From Actinomycetes bacterium (lineage in GTDB: Bacteria > Actinomycetota > Coriobacteriia > Anaerosomatales > Anaerosomataceae): DNA of 29,077 bases. Below are positions 1 through 10,796 of the stretch, piece by piece; within the stretch, counting starts at the first letter, position 1, and each line of letters starts with the position of its first letter. A model generated the notes under the pieces. That model did no database searches. It was not told the DNA's origin and saw only the letters and a program-made list of their open reading frames with translations. A program made the translations under genes and the position numbers. The stretch covers positions 1-29,077 of the forward strand of contig JAJZRZ010000001.1 in NCBI GenBank assembly GCA_021850085.1, written 5' to 3'.

Positions 1-2
1 GG

Positions 3-131
3 GCCATCGCCGGCCGCTCGCTATGGAAGGACTGTGTCTCGTTGGACCCGGCCGTCATGCAGTCGCGGCTTGAGACGATCGCCATTCCACGCCTGCGCGA
101 AATCCTGGCCGTGCTGGATTCGCACCGGTAA
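3..131 (+). CDS. 3' end (partial, runs off the window) of a probable LacD/tagatose-bisphosphate-type class I aldolase
   Basis: Not in the ORF track. Frame from base 3 reads AIAGRSLWKDCVSLDPAVMQSRLETIAIPRLREILAVLDSHR-stop (TAA 129-131). AGRxxW followed by a terminal helix matches the C-terminus of DeoC/LacD-family aldolases, and a sugar-kinase gene follows directly. Confidence 0.55.
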   Translation, partial: AIAGRSLWKDCVSLDPAVMQSRLETIAIPRLREILAVLDSHR

Positions 132-156
132 AGTCATCAGATTCTGGAAATCGAGC

Positions 157-330
157 ATGGAAAAGAACTCAGAAGCCATCGGCATTGACCTTGGCGGCAC
201 CAATATCCGCGTGGCGCGCGTCGCCCGGGACGGGCAAATCCTGGAGCGAATCCAGCAGCACGTCCCACGGGGGCGCGATGCCCAGCTCGTGATCATCCGC
301 GATTCGGTTCTACGCATGCTCACGCCGCAG
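157..330 (+). pseudogene. 5' fragment (about 58 aa) of a ROK-family sugar kinase, truncated at about 330
   Basis: ATG 157: MEKNSEAIGIDLGGTNIRVARVARDGQILERI. IGIDLGGTN is the ROK/glucokinase phosphate-1 motif. The expected following IGIGxPG motif is missing; after LTPQ the frame is simply the antisense of the genes to the right. Confidence 0.7.
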
Positions 331-422
331 AGCGCCCTTACCTCGCCGTGCTCCAGGAAGTACGACTTCGTGACCTCGGTGGTCTTAAGTACGCTGGTGA
401 CGTGTCTCGCGGAAGCGGGCAT
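315..422 (-). pseudogene. 5' fragment (about 36 aa) of a MacB/LolD-like ABC transporter ATP-binding protein, truncated before Walker A
   Basis: ATG 422, 1 nt after the adaptor stop codon: MPASARHVTSVLKTTEVTKSYFLEHGEVRALCGVSM, the typical pre-Walker-A segment (LxxxxVxKxY...VxALxGVS). The sequence then turns unrelated, with no GPSGSGKS. Confidence 0.65.
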
Positions 423-423
423 G

Positions 424-1944
424 TTACTCAGCCTGCACCCGCGAGCCGTCCTCAAGGCCGCTCACACCGCTCACGATGACGACGTCCCCTTGGGAAAGCC
501 CCGACCGCACCTCCACCCTTGTGTCGGTGAAGCGACCGGGCTCTATCTCTATCCTGCGAGCCCTGCCGTCGCGTACGACATACACGTACGAGGCCGCGTC
601 CTCCTCGAACAGCGCCTCGACGGGGATGGTCACGACGTCGCCGATCGTCTCGATGCCGATTTCGACAGAGCCGTTCATGCCCAGCAGCACTGGGAGCGTC
701 CGCGCACGGAACGTCAGCCTCACCGGAAAGGCCGTGCCGCCCGTGGGCGTGGTAACGGCACGGATGCCCACGCTGGCCACCCGCGCTTCGAGCTCCTCGT
801 CCGGCAGACCGTCGAGCGCAATCACAGCGGGCATGCCGGGCTCCACTCGCACGATATCGGTCTCGTCGACGAGCGCTGTGAAGGCGAGTGTGTCGAACGA
901 TACGATCGAGAAGATCGCCGAAGCGGGGCTGACGGAACTGCCTGGCGCGAGGTCCGCGCCGTCGGCCCCGAAGCCTGCGAGGCTCGACGAAGCCGACAGT
1001 GCCGCTCCCGCGGTACCGAACAGCACGATGCCGTCCGCTGGCGCCACGATGGTCGCCCGCGCAAGCGTGTCGTTCGCCAGCGCCCGGGCCGCAGCCGCGG
1101 CATCGATTGCGGCGTTCGCCGATTCGAGCGCCCCGCCGACGCTCGATGCCCGAGCCAGGGCGTCTTGTTGCGCCACAGCACCAAGCCATGCGGCGTACGC
1201 CTGGTCTCGGGCGGTCTTAGCGGCAGCTACGGCCGCGCTGTTGTCAGAGGTGGCAAGCAGCGCGGCAAGGCTCTGCTGCGCGGCCTGCAGGCTGGCAGCG
1301 GCCTGGTCCCTCGCAAGGGAGAGCGTCGCGAGCGCGGTCTCCATGTCGGCAGGCCTTGGCGGACGGGTTGGCAGATAGACGGTTGTGTAATAGTCCTCGT
1401 ACGCGGTCTGCGCGATCCGCGAGCCTGCCTCGGCAGCGGCGAGAGCAGCCGCAGCCCGCGCTCGGTCCTCCGGAGAGGGCGCTCCCGCCCCGGCGAGGGC
1501 GGCTTGGTACCGGGAATCCGCGATCTGGTACGCCTTCCGCGCTGCGTCCGCGCCCGCAGCCGCAGCTTCCCGTTCGGCCGAGCCCGGAGCGGTCCGTGAG
1601 ACCGCCTCACGCTGTGCGAGGGCACCGGCGTACGCCGCCTCGGCCTGCGCAGCCTGGACCTCGAGTGGCTCGGCGACCATCCGGGCGAGCACCTGTCCGG
1701 CAACGACCCGCGTCCCTTCTGTGACCTCGACGCTCGCGAGCGTCCCGGCCGCCGGCGGGTGGACGTCAACGCGTCCGTCGTCTTCCACCTCGCCCGAGGC
1801 GGATACCAGCACCGAGAGATCCTCCCGGAGCACATCGGCGACTTGGACCCGCGTCGCACGAGCGTTGGTGAGTGCAATGGCCGCCGCCGCTCCCAGCACG
1901 ACGACCGCTCCGATGAGCGCGCCGATCAATCTGCCTTTACGCAC
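424..1944 (-). CDS. Efflux RND/ABC transporter periplasmic adaptor (membrane fusion protein)
   Basis: N-terminal hydrophobic anchor (RLIGALIGAVVVLG), lipoyl half-motifs (VHPPAAGTLASVEVTEGTRVVAGQVL and IVAPADGIV), Ala-rich coiled hairpin, VDETDIVRVEPGM, IPVEAL, VEVRSGLSQGDVVI. Start placed at GTG 1944 behind a GGAGG SD rather than at 1995. Confidence 0.85.
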   Translation of the reverse strand: MRKGRLIGALIGAVVVLGAAAAIALTNARATRVQVADVLREDLSVLVSASGEVEDDGRVDVHPPAAGTLASVEVTEGTRVVAGQVLARMVAEPLEVQAAQAEAAYAGALAQREAVSRTAPGSAEREAAAAGADAARKAYQIADSRYQAALAGAGAPSPEDRARAAAALAAAEAGSRIAQTAYEDYYTTVYLPTRPPRPADMETALATLSLARDQAAASLQAAQQSLAALLATSDNSAAVAAAKTARDQAYAAWLGAVAQQDALARASSVGGALESANAAIDAAAAARALANDTLARATIVAPADGIVLFGTAGAALSASSSLAGFGADGADLAPGSSVSPASAIFSIVSFDTLAFTALVDETDIVRVEPGMPAVIALDGLPDEELEARVASVGIRAVTTPTGGTAFPVRLTFRARTLPVLLGMNGSVEIGIETIGDVVTIPVEALFEEDAASYVYVVRDGRARRIEIEPGRFTDTRVEVRSGLSQGDVVIVSGVSGLEDGSRVQAE

Positions 1945-2644
1945 GTGCCCTCCCGCCGCCTGATGCGCTGATACCGAGCAATCCCGGCAGGTCACCTATG
2001 TCGCCTATGATGGCGTCCGGGGCGGCCTCAGCGAGGCTCTCCGTGCTCGCCACCCCCCATGCCGCCCCGATGGTCGCCGAGCCCGCACTCTTGCCGCAGG
2101 ATATGTCCGCCGGGCTGTCGCCCACATACACCAGCCGCCAGGGGTCCATCCCGAGTAAAGCCGCGGCGTGCACCAGTGGTAAGGGGTCCGGCTTGTGGCA
2201 ATCCGTGTCGTCCGCCGTCACCACGACCCGGAAGAACCGTCCGAGATCGAACAGTGATAAGGCCCGCTCGGCCATGTGCCTGCTCTTCGACGTGACTATC
2301 CCCATCGGGATGCCCGCACCGTGGATTGCCGTGAGGGTGCCGAGGGTGTTCGGGTACAGGCGCGCCATCTGGTCATGCGTCGCATGGTTGAAGGCGCGGT
2401 ACGCGGCGAGCAGGCGGTCCGCTTCGTGCTCGTCGTCCGTGAAATAGCGCATCTGCCGGGCCAGCGGCACACCGACGTGGTGCAGCAGCACCTCGTCGGT
2501 GAGAGCCGTGCCCATGACCTCGGCTGTCGCGTGCCGGAAAGACGCGAGGATGTGCGGAATCGTGTCGACCACCGTACCGTCGAGATCGAACAGCACGGCA
2601 TCGACGGAGTGCAGCCGCGCTCGGTTTGGCCTGTCCGCGTTCAT
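1937..2644 (-). CDS. HAD-superfamily hydrolase (PpaX/phosphoglycolate-phosphatase-like)
   Basis: Motif I FDLDGT, motif II VTSK, motif III KPDP, motif IV VGDSPAD. Start at ATG 2644; the ORF-track extension overlaps gyrA. Confidence 0.9.
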   Translation of the reverse strand: MNADRPNRARLHSVDAVLFDLDGTVVDTIPHILASFRHATAEVMGTALTDEVLLHHVGVPLARQMRYFTDDEHEADRLLAAYRAFNHATHDQMARLYPNTLGTLTAIHGAGIPMGIVTSKSRHMAERALSLFDLGRFFRVVVTADDTDCHKPDPLPLVHAAALLGMDPWRLVYVGDSPADISCGKSAGSATIGAAWGVASTESLAEAAPDAIIGDIGDLPGLLGISASGGGRARA

Positions 2645-2666
2645 CTCAGGGATCTCAAGAGATCCG

Positions 2667-5231
2667 CTACTCCTCGTCCTCCTCGAAGTCCTCACTGGCG
2701 AGATCCTCGGCCGCCGCCTCGCGGTCGGACATGCCCGGCACACGGCTCTCGTCGTGCGCGATGAGCGTCTGCTGGCCCTCCACTGCGGCAGGTCGCTTCT
2801 TCTTCTTGCCAGACACACGCGCGATCGCCGAGACGCGATCGTTCTCGTGGACGTTCATGACCTTCACACCCTGCGTGGACCTGCCGAGCTGGCTTATGTC
2901 TTCCGCCTTCACGCGGATGACCACGCCTTCGTCCGAGATGAGCATCAACTCATGACCCGGCATGACGATCTTCATTCCCGCGAGCCGACCCTTTTTCGGC
3001 GTGACCTGGATGGTCTTCACGCCCATGCCGCCGCGGTTCTGTATGGGGTACTGATCCACCGGAGTGCGCTTGCCGTAGCCGCGCTCGGTAACGACGAACA
3101 GCTCTGAGCCGGACGCGGCTATCTCCATACCGAGAACACGGTCGTCGCCCTTGACGTTCATGCCGCGAACCCCGGTGGTGTCGCGCCCCATCGGACGGGC
3201 ATCGGCCTCGTCCCACCTTATGGCCTTGCCCTCGGCCGACACCATCATCACGAGCTCGCCGTTGCGAACGCGTCGCACGGCGATGAGCTCGTCGTCGTCG
3301 CGAAGGTTGATCGCGATGATGCCGTCTCTGCGGCTGCGATCGTACGCCTGGATGGCGGTCTTCTTCACCATGCCGTGAGAGGTCGCGAACAGCAGGTACT
3401 CGTCCGGAGTGAAATCGCGGGTAGTGATGACCGCCGCGATGCGCTCGTCTTGCGCAAAGGGCAGGAGGTTCACCACTGCCGTCCCGCGCGCGTGTCGTGA
3501 CCCGACCGGCAGCTCGTGCACCTTCAGGCGGTACACCTTGCCCTTGCTCGAGAAGAAGAGCACGAAGTCGTGCGTGGAGCTGATGAAGAGATGCTCCACG
3601 AAATCGCTGTCCTTCAGATTCACACCCGAAATACCTTTGCCGCCGCGCTTCTGCTGGCGGTACGTGGCGACCGGGAGGCGTTTGACATAGCCGGCCTTGG
3701 TGATGGTGACCACCATGTCTTCCTCGGCGATCAGGTCCTCCACGTCAAGGTCGCGGGACACGCCCATGATCTCGGTCCGGCGAGGATTGCCGTGCTTCTC
3801 GCGAATTTCGCTCATCTCGTCTTTGATGATCTGGAGCACGAGGTTCATGTCGCCGAGGATCTTCTTGTACCAGGCGATCTTCTCGCGCAGCTCGGCAAGC
3901 TCCTCTTCGATCTTGGAGCGCTCGAGACCCGTGAGGCGACGCAGGCGCATCTCGAGGATGGCATCGGTCTGCGCCTCAGAGAAACCGAAACGCTCCACGA
4001 GCTTGGCTTTGGCTTCCACGTCGTCCGCACTGCCGCGGATGATCCTGATGACCTCGTCGATGTTGTCGAGCGCGATGATGTACCCGTCGAGGATGTGCGC
4101 CCGCTCCTCGGCCTTTCGAAGGTCGTACCGCGTCCGCCGGACGATAACGTCCTTTTGGTGCTCGATGTAGTGGAAGAGAATCTGCTTCAAGGAAAGCTCG
4201 CGCGGCACGCCGTCCACAAGAGCGAGCTGGATGATGCCCATGCCGGTCTCAAGCTGTGTGTGCTTGTAGAGCTTATTCAACACCACTTGTGGGATGGCGG
4301 TGGTCTTTAGCTCGATCACAACGCGCATACCCCTGCGGTCGGATTCGTCGCGTAGGTCCGAGATCTCCGGAAGCTTCTTCTCGCGCACCAGCTCGGCGAT
4401 CTTCGTCACGAGCTTGCTCTTGTTGAGCGCGTAGGGGATCTCGGTGATGATGATGCGCATCCGGCCTGTCGACGTCTGCTCCACGTGCGCCTTGCCGCGC
4501 ACCTTGATGGAACCGCGGCCCGTCTCGTAGGCCGAAACGATGCCCTCGCGGCCCATGATCGCGCCGCCGGTCGGAAAGTCGGGCCCGGGTAAGTGCTCCA
4601 TGAGCTCCGCTGTCGTGATCTCGGGGTTGTCTATCAGCGCGATCGTCGCGTTGATCACCTCGCCGAGATTGTGCGGAAGGATGTTGGTGGCCATGCCGAC
4701 CGCGATGCCCGCCGAGCCGTTGACCAGCAGGTTGGGGAAGCGGGCGGGCAGCACGCGGGGGTCCTGGAGCGACTCATCGTAGTTGGGGCCGAAGTCCACC
4801 GTCTCCTTCTCGAGGTCACGCAGCAGTTCCATCGCCGGTCTAGCCAGGCGTGATTCGGTGTAGCGCATGGCCGCCGCCGAGTCGCCGTCGACCGAACCGA
4901 AGTTTCCGTGGCCATCCACAAGCGGTGTGCGCATCGCGAAGTCCTGTGCCATGCGCACCATGGTGTCGTAGACCGCCGAGTCGCCGTGCGGGTGGTACTT
5001 GCCGATGACTTCGCCGACCGTCCACGCGGATTTTTTGAACGCACGGCTGGGTGTGAGACCGGATTCATGCATCGCGTACAGGATGCGGCGATGAACCGGC
5101 TTGAGGCCGTCGCGCACGTCCGGGAGCGCGCGGGCGACGATGACGCTCATCGAGTACTCTAGGAACGATCGTCTCAGCTCATCTTCGATATCGATCGGAG
5201 AGACGTTCGATGCGATCTCGTGGTCACTCAC
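2667..5231 (-). CDS. gyrA: DNA gyrase subunit A
   Basis: [29 protein letters not shown], catalytic AAAMRY, GyrA-box QKRGGKG, beta-pinwheel repeats and an acidic tail. Confidence 0.99.
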   Translation of the reverse strand: MSDHEIASNVSPIDIEDELRRSFLEYSMSVIVARALPDVRDGLKPVHRRILYAMHESGLTPSRAFKKSAWTVGEVIGKYHPHGDSAVYDTMVRMAQDFAMRTPLVDGHGNFGSVDGDSAAAMRYTESRLARPAMELLRDLEKETVDFGPNYDESLQDPRVLPARFPNLLVNGSAGIAVGMATNILPHNLGEVINATIALIDNPEITTAELMEHLPGPDFPTGGAIMGREGIVSAYETGRGSIKVRGKAHVEQTSTGRMRIIITEIPYALNKSKLVTKIAELVREKKLPEISDLRDESDRRGMRVVIELKTTAIPQVVLNKLYKHTQLETGMGIIQLALVDGVPRELSLKQILFHYIEHQKDVIVRRTRYDLRKAEERAHILDGYIIALDNIDEVIRIIRGSADDVEAKAKLVERFGFSEAQTDAILEMRLRRLTGLERSKIEEELAELREKIAWYKKILGDMNLVLQIIKDEMSEIREKHGNPRRTEIMGVSRDLDVEDLIAEEDMVVTITKAGYVKRLPVATYRQQKRGGKGISGVNLKDSDFVEHLFISSTHDFVLFFSSKGKVYRLKVHELPVGSRHARGTAVVNLLPFAQDERIAAVITTRDFTPDEYLLFATSHGMVKKTAIQAYDRSRRDGIIAINLRDDDELIAVRRVRNGELVMMVSAEGKAIRWDEADARPMGRDTTGVRGMNVKGDDRVLGMEIAASGSELFVVTERGYGKRTPVDQYPIQNRGGMGVKTIQVTPKKGRLAGMKIVMPGHELMLISDEGVVIRVKAEDISQLGRSTQGVKVMNVHENDRVSAIARVSGKKKKRPAAVEGQQTLIAHDESRVPGMSDREAAAEDLASEDFEEDEE

Positions 5232-5247
5232 GTAAGGTTTCTCCTCG

Positions 5248-5745
5248 TCAGCGGTGATACTTGCGGAACAGCAGCACGGCGGCCGTCATGAAGCCGAGGC
5301 CCGTCGCTAGGACGACGAACGACATCGTGGCAGCGACCATCATCGCGACAGCCTCCGATGTTCGCGCATTGACGAACAGCACTGCGGACTGGATGACGAT
5401 CAGGACACCGGCGAGCCCCAAAGCGACGGACACGCCGTTGATGAGCGGCATGTTCGTCCGGACCGCCTGCTGCTCCTCGGAGCGAAGCTCCACAAGCATC
5501 GAGTCGATCTGCGCGCCCAAGATCGCCGGAGTATCCTTGTTTGGCTGCGACTGCGCCCCTTCGTTGGCCAGGAGGCCCGCCGCATCGGGACGATTCGGCT
5601 CGTCTTTGCGCAAGCGAACGAGCCGAATCGCTTCGTCGAGCTCTTCGGAGGCTCGCTGACGAGCCCGCTCCTGCTGGAAGTGGTCGAAGGCCTCTTTCTC
5701 CCACGGCGGCGGCTCGAAGTGTGGTTTCTTGTGCTGGTCTGACAT
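5248..5745 (-). CDS. Hypothetical membrane protein (charged N-terminal region, two C-terminal TM helices)
   Basis: 165-aa ORF filling the gyrB-gyrA gap, co-oriented, with 24-nt and 16-nt spacers. Hydrophobic stretches [25 protein letters not shown] and [28 protein letters not shown]. Confidence 0.75.
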   Translation of the reverse strand: MSDQHKKPHFEPPPWEKEAFDHFQQERARQRASEELDEAIRLVRLRKDEPNRPDAAGLLANEGAQSQPNKDTPAILGAQIDSMLVELRSEEQQAVRTNMPLINGVSVALGLAGVLIVIQSAVLFVNARTSEAVAMMVAATMSFVVLATGLGFMTAAVLLFRKYHR

Positions 5746-5769
5746 TTGATGCCCTGCGGTCGGTCACCC

Positions 5770-7749
<1,980 letters not shown>

Positions 7750-7762
7750 TTATCCCTGCTAG

Positions 7763-7771
7763 ATTATACCA
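7763..7771 (-). promoter_or_regulatory. Extended -10 promoter (TGGTATAAT) for gyrB
   Basis: Minus strand reads TG-G-TATAAT about 85 nt upstream of the gyrB start. No clear -35 element. Confidence 0.6.
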
Positions 7772-7803
7772 CACGTAGTGCTACCAACCCTGCGGTCCGT
7801 GTT

Positions 7804-8334
7804 TCAAGATGACGCACCTGGGGGCGGATTGGGGGTACTCCGCCTTTTACCCTTCTTGAGCTCCAAGTCCTTCACCATCGCTCGTAAGGCGGCTTCTTTG
7901 AGGGTTTCATCCTTGATGATTGAGGCCACTTTTACGGCCTGTGAATACTCGATCTCATCGAGGCCTATCGGCTTTGTGTCGTCCAAGACATAAAAGCCAG
8001 TGGTGTCCACTTCTGCGACCTTCATGAGCGCTCCCTCTCTCACCTTCTTTGAGATAGTGAAGCGCAGTGATGTGACTGATTCTTGATTCAGATGTCTATT
8101 AAGGCACTCTGTGAGTTCCGTTGACATCAGTGAGAGTTGATGTGCCCACGCCGAACTGTCCACGTAGACTATGAGTTCACCATTGTCGCGGAGCGCGAAT
8201 CCTTGGGTGTGTGCAGCGATCTCGATGCCGACCACATCCGCCCACACCTCAACGGCGGCAGCCGCGTGCCTTTTCCCTTTCTTGTCGACACGACCGAGCA
8301 TCTTCTTGGCCAATTGGTCGAGTGACTGAGTCAT
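7804..8334 (-). CDS. DUF721-domain protein (DciA-like replicative helicase loader)
   Basis: WADVVGIEIAAHT...GELIVYVDSSAWAHQL...LNRHL...LRF pattern, and the canonical position between recF and gyrB. Start is 8334 or 8349. Confidence 0.8.
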   Translation of the reverse strand: MTQSLDQLAKKMLGRVDKKGKRHAAAAVEVWADVVGIEIAAHTQGFALRDNGELIVYVDSSAWAHQLSLMSTELTECLNRHLNQESVTSLRFTISKKVREGALMKVAEVDTTGFYVLDDTKPIGLDEIEYSQAVKVASIIKDETLKEAALRAMVKDLELKKGKRRSTPNPPPGASS

Positions 8335-8350
8335 GCGCGATCGGGGCATG

Positions 8351-9442
8351 TCATCTCCCCATCATGACGATATTCGCCTGCTCAAGAAGATCGGAATCGA
8401 AGTACGACGTGTTGGTGGTGGTCACGAACGTCTGGATACCTCGCTGCATAAGGTCGGTCAGTGCCGTACGGCGGCTCTCATCGAGCTCCGACATGACATC
8501 ATCAAGTAACAGCACCGGTGTTGTGTGTAGCACCTCACCCACCACGGTCAGTTCGGCCCACTTCCAAGCGAGAGCTATCGTGCGCTGCTGGCCCTGGCTT
8601 GCGTAGACACGCGCTTCCTTCCCGTTGACGAGAAACACGATGTCATCTCTATGGGGCCCCACTAGTGATATCTTCCGAGAGCGCTCTTCGGGCCGCCTTC
8701 TTGTGATCTCGGAGCGCAGCACCTCTTCCACCACCTGTTTGTCGCTCTCGCCGACATCACGAAGAACCCCACCGTTGTCGATAAGTGAGAAGGTGAGATC
8801 CTCGCCCCCGGAAAGACGCCCATAGATCACGGAGGCTGCCTTCTCGACGCGCTCTACGAGCCTCCGGCGGTGCATATGGAGACTAGCCCCAAGTATCACC
8901 AGTTGGTCGTCCCATGGATCAAGGTTTGTCTGTTGGGCCTCTTCGCGCAGAAGAGCGTTTCTTTGTCTCACAACCTTTGAGTAGTCGCGCCGCAACGCTC
9001 CAAATGTGGCCGAAAGCCCTGCGCCGAGATCATCGGCGGCGGTCCGGCGTTGTTCCGCTGGCCCCTTGACCATCATGAGGTCATCAGGTGTGAAGGTCAC
9101 AACCGGCACGAACCGTGTCGCCTCTGAAGCTCGTTTCTTTACAACCCCACCCACTCGCCAGGACCGCGCCCCCTCCGCGTTGATCATGACTTCCACGTCA
9201 GTGTTTGTGCCCTCACCGGTAATGGACATGGTGATTGAGGCATGTCGTTCGTCCCAGCGCACGACATCAGCCCATTCAGGCCTCCTGAAGGATGTGCCTG
9301 TGGTGACGATCTGGATCGCCTCGATCACATTGGTCTTACCGACCGCGTTAGGACCTGAGAGTATAGTGAGCGCTTCATCGGGGTGAAGTGACCAGCGCGC
9401 GCAGCTCCGGAAGTCGTGTAGTTCGAGGTGTGTGATCCTCAC
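8351..9442 (-). CDS. recF: DNA replication and repair protein RecF
   Basis: Walker A GPNAVGKTN, GPHRDD, signature SQGQQR, Walker B LLLDDVMSELD. Confidence 0.97.
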   Translation of the reverse strand: MRITHLELHDFRSCARWSLHPDEALTILSGPNAVGKTNVIEAIQIVTTGTSFRRPEWADVVRWDERHASITMSITGEGTNTDVEVMINAEGARSWRVGGVVKKRASEATRFVPVVTFTPDDLMMVKGPAEQRRTAADDLGAGLSATFGALRRDYSKVVRQRNALLREEAQQTNLDPWDDQLVILGASLHMHRRRLVERVEKAASVIYGRLSGGEDLTFSLIDNGGVLRDVGESDKQVVEEVLRSEITRRRPEERSRKISLVGPHRDDIVFLVNGKEARVYASQGQQRTIALAWKWAELTVVGEVLHTTPVLLLDDVMSELDESRRTALTDLMQRGIQTFVTTTNTSYFDSDLLEQANIVMMGR

Positions 9443-9458
9443 TCCCTTAGGGACCTTT

Positions 9459-10559
9459 TCAGCTGAGACGGACCGGCATCAATAAGTATGTGAACCCATC
9501 ACCTTCAGCGAATCGGATGACGCCAGGTTTTAGTGGACTTGTGACCTCGAGCGAGACTGCCTCACTTTCGGCGACAGAAATCCCATCGAGAAGGTAGGTG
9601 TGATTGAACGCGATCTCCACATCCTCCCCGTCCGGGGTGACCTGAATATCCTCGCTCGCGTCACCCACGTCCTGCGTCGCCGCGGAAAGTGTGAGTGTGT
9701 GATCTGAGACGGCTACTCTCACGCGTAAAGGAGTGCTGTGTTGTGCCATCAACGACACTCGTTTCACCGCGTCCAAGAACTCTGCTCTGTCGACCACCGC
9801 ACGGGTCGTGTGCTCCTTCGGAAGTAGTTGACGGTAGTTCGGGAACGAGCCTTCGATTCGCCGAGAAATGAACATCGTATCGCCGAATGTGAATATGACT
9901 TGATTCTCAGCAACACCCAGTGAAACGTTCTTATTCGAACCGATGAGCTTCGCCACATCTTCCATCGCTTTACCGGGAACGACTAATTCGATCTCACCTA
10001 TAACTCCTTCGACCGGTACTTCCCGGATACATAGACGGTAAGAATCGGTGGCCACCATACGAAGTGTGCCTGAATCGACCACCGTGAGGATCCCGGTGAG
10101 GATTGGTCGGGTTTCATCTCGACTCACAGATCGGGACACTTGCTGTACGACACGCGAGAACACATCACTTGGCAAGGAGACAGTCTGGTCCGGTGTCACC
10201 TCTGGAAACTTCGGATAATCATCAGGTGATAGCGTCTTCATTGAGAACGAGGATTGAACACACTGGACCGATGCCGTCCCTGGAGTGGTCGTATCAATAA
10301 GCACCGCCGCCTCAGGGAGGCTTCTCACCACCTCGGTAAGGAGTTTGCCCGGCAGTACACTTTGGCCCGTCTGCTCGATACGTCCCTTACATGACGTGCG
10401 AATCGAAACCTCAAGATCCGTGGCTTGAAAAACGATGGAATCACCACGTGTAGATACATGGATTCCCGACAATATCGGCAGCGTCGTTCTTGATGACAGC
10501 CCCCGCGACACCACCGCAAGCGCTTCGAATAACTCGCCTCGCGCTATCGATATCTTCAT
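9459..10559 (-). CDS. dnaN: DNA polymerase III beta sliding clamp
   Basis: 366 aa; ATDLEVSI, RPILTGIL, VATDSYRL, IEGSFPNYRQLLP, C-terminal LLMPVR; lies downstream of dnaA. Confidence 0.98.
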   Translation of the reverse strand: MKISIARGELFEALAVVSRGLSSRTTLPILSGIHVSTRGDSIVFQATDLEVSIRTSCKGRIEQTGQSVLPGKLLTEVVRSLPEAAVLIDTTTPGTASVQCVQSSFSMKTLSPDDYPKFPEVTPDQTVSLPSDVFSRVVQQVSRSVSRDETRPILTGILTVVDSGTLRMVATDSYRLCIREVPVEGVIGEIELVVPGKAMEDVAKLIGSNKNVSLGVAENQVIFTFGDTMFISRRIEGSFPNYRQLLPKEHTTRAVVDRAEFLDAVKRVSLMAQHSTPLRVRVAVSDHTLTLSAATQDVGDASEDIQVTPDGEDVEIAFNHTYLLDGISVAESEAVSLEVTSPLKPGVIRFAEGDGFTYLLMPVRLS

Positions 10560-10796
10560 GCCGGGCCCCTTCTATGTCTTAGAGATATCTCAATGAAACA
10601 GTCGCAGTAATAGGTGGTGTTAGTAGTGTGGAACACGGCTGTTCTCGCTGCTAGAAACCCCTGTTCTGCCTGTGCTCTACCTGTGTGAGGATTGTTCCGG
10701 TTCATCAACATCTTCACAGAGCACAGTTATTCTCCACACATTCACACCATCGCTCACCAGCCACTGCACGGGTTATACACACGTTATCAGCTACCG
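10560..10796. other. oriC: dnaA-dnaN intergenic origin segment (DnaA boxes plus a possible unwinding element)
   Basis: TTATACACA 10773-10781 (matches TTWTNCACA), TTCTCCACA 10730-10738, and minus-strand TGTTCCACA 10627-10635 directly followed by CTACTA (DnaA-trio-like). This is the usual oriC position in Actinobacteria and for B. subtilis unwinding. Confidence 0.7.

Noticed and set aside
34-1599. 521-aa plus-strand ORF
   Set aside because: Only 157-330 is protein-like (ROK fragment). The rest is the Arg/Gly-rich antisense shadow of the ABC fragment and the efflux adaptor.
4940-5000. Possible quinolone-resistance changes in the GyrA QRDR
   Set aside because: HGDSAVYD keeps Ser and Asp at the positions equivalent to E. 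coli 83 and 87.
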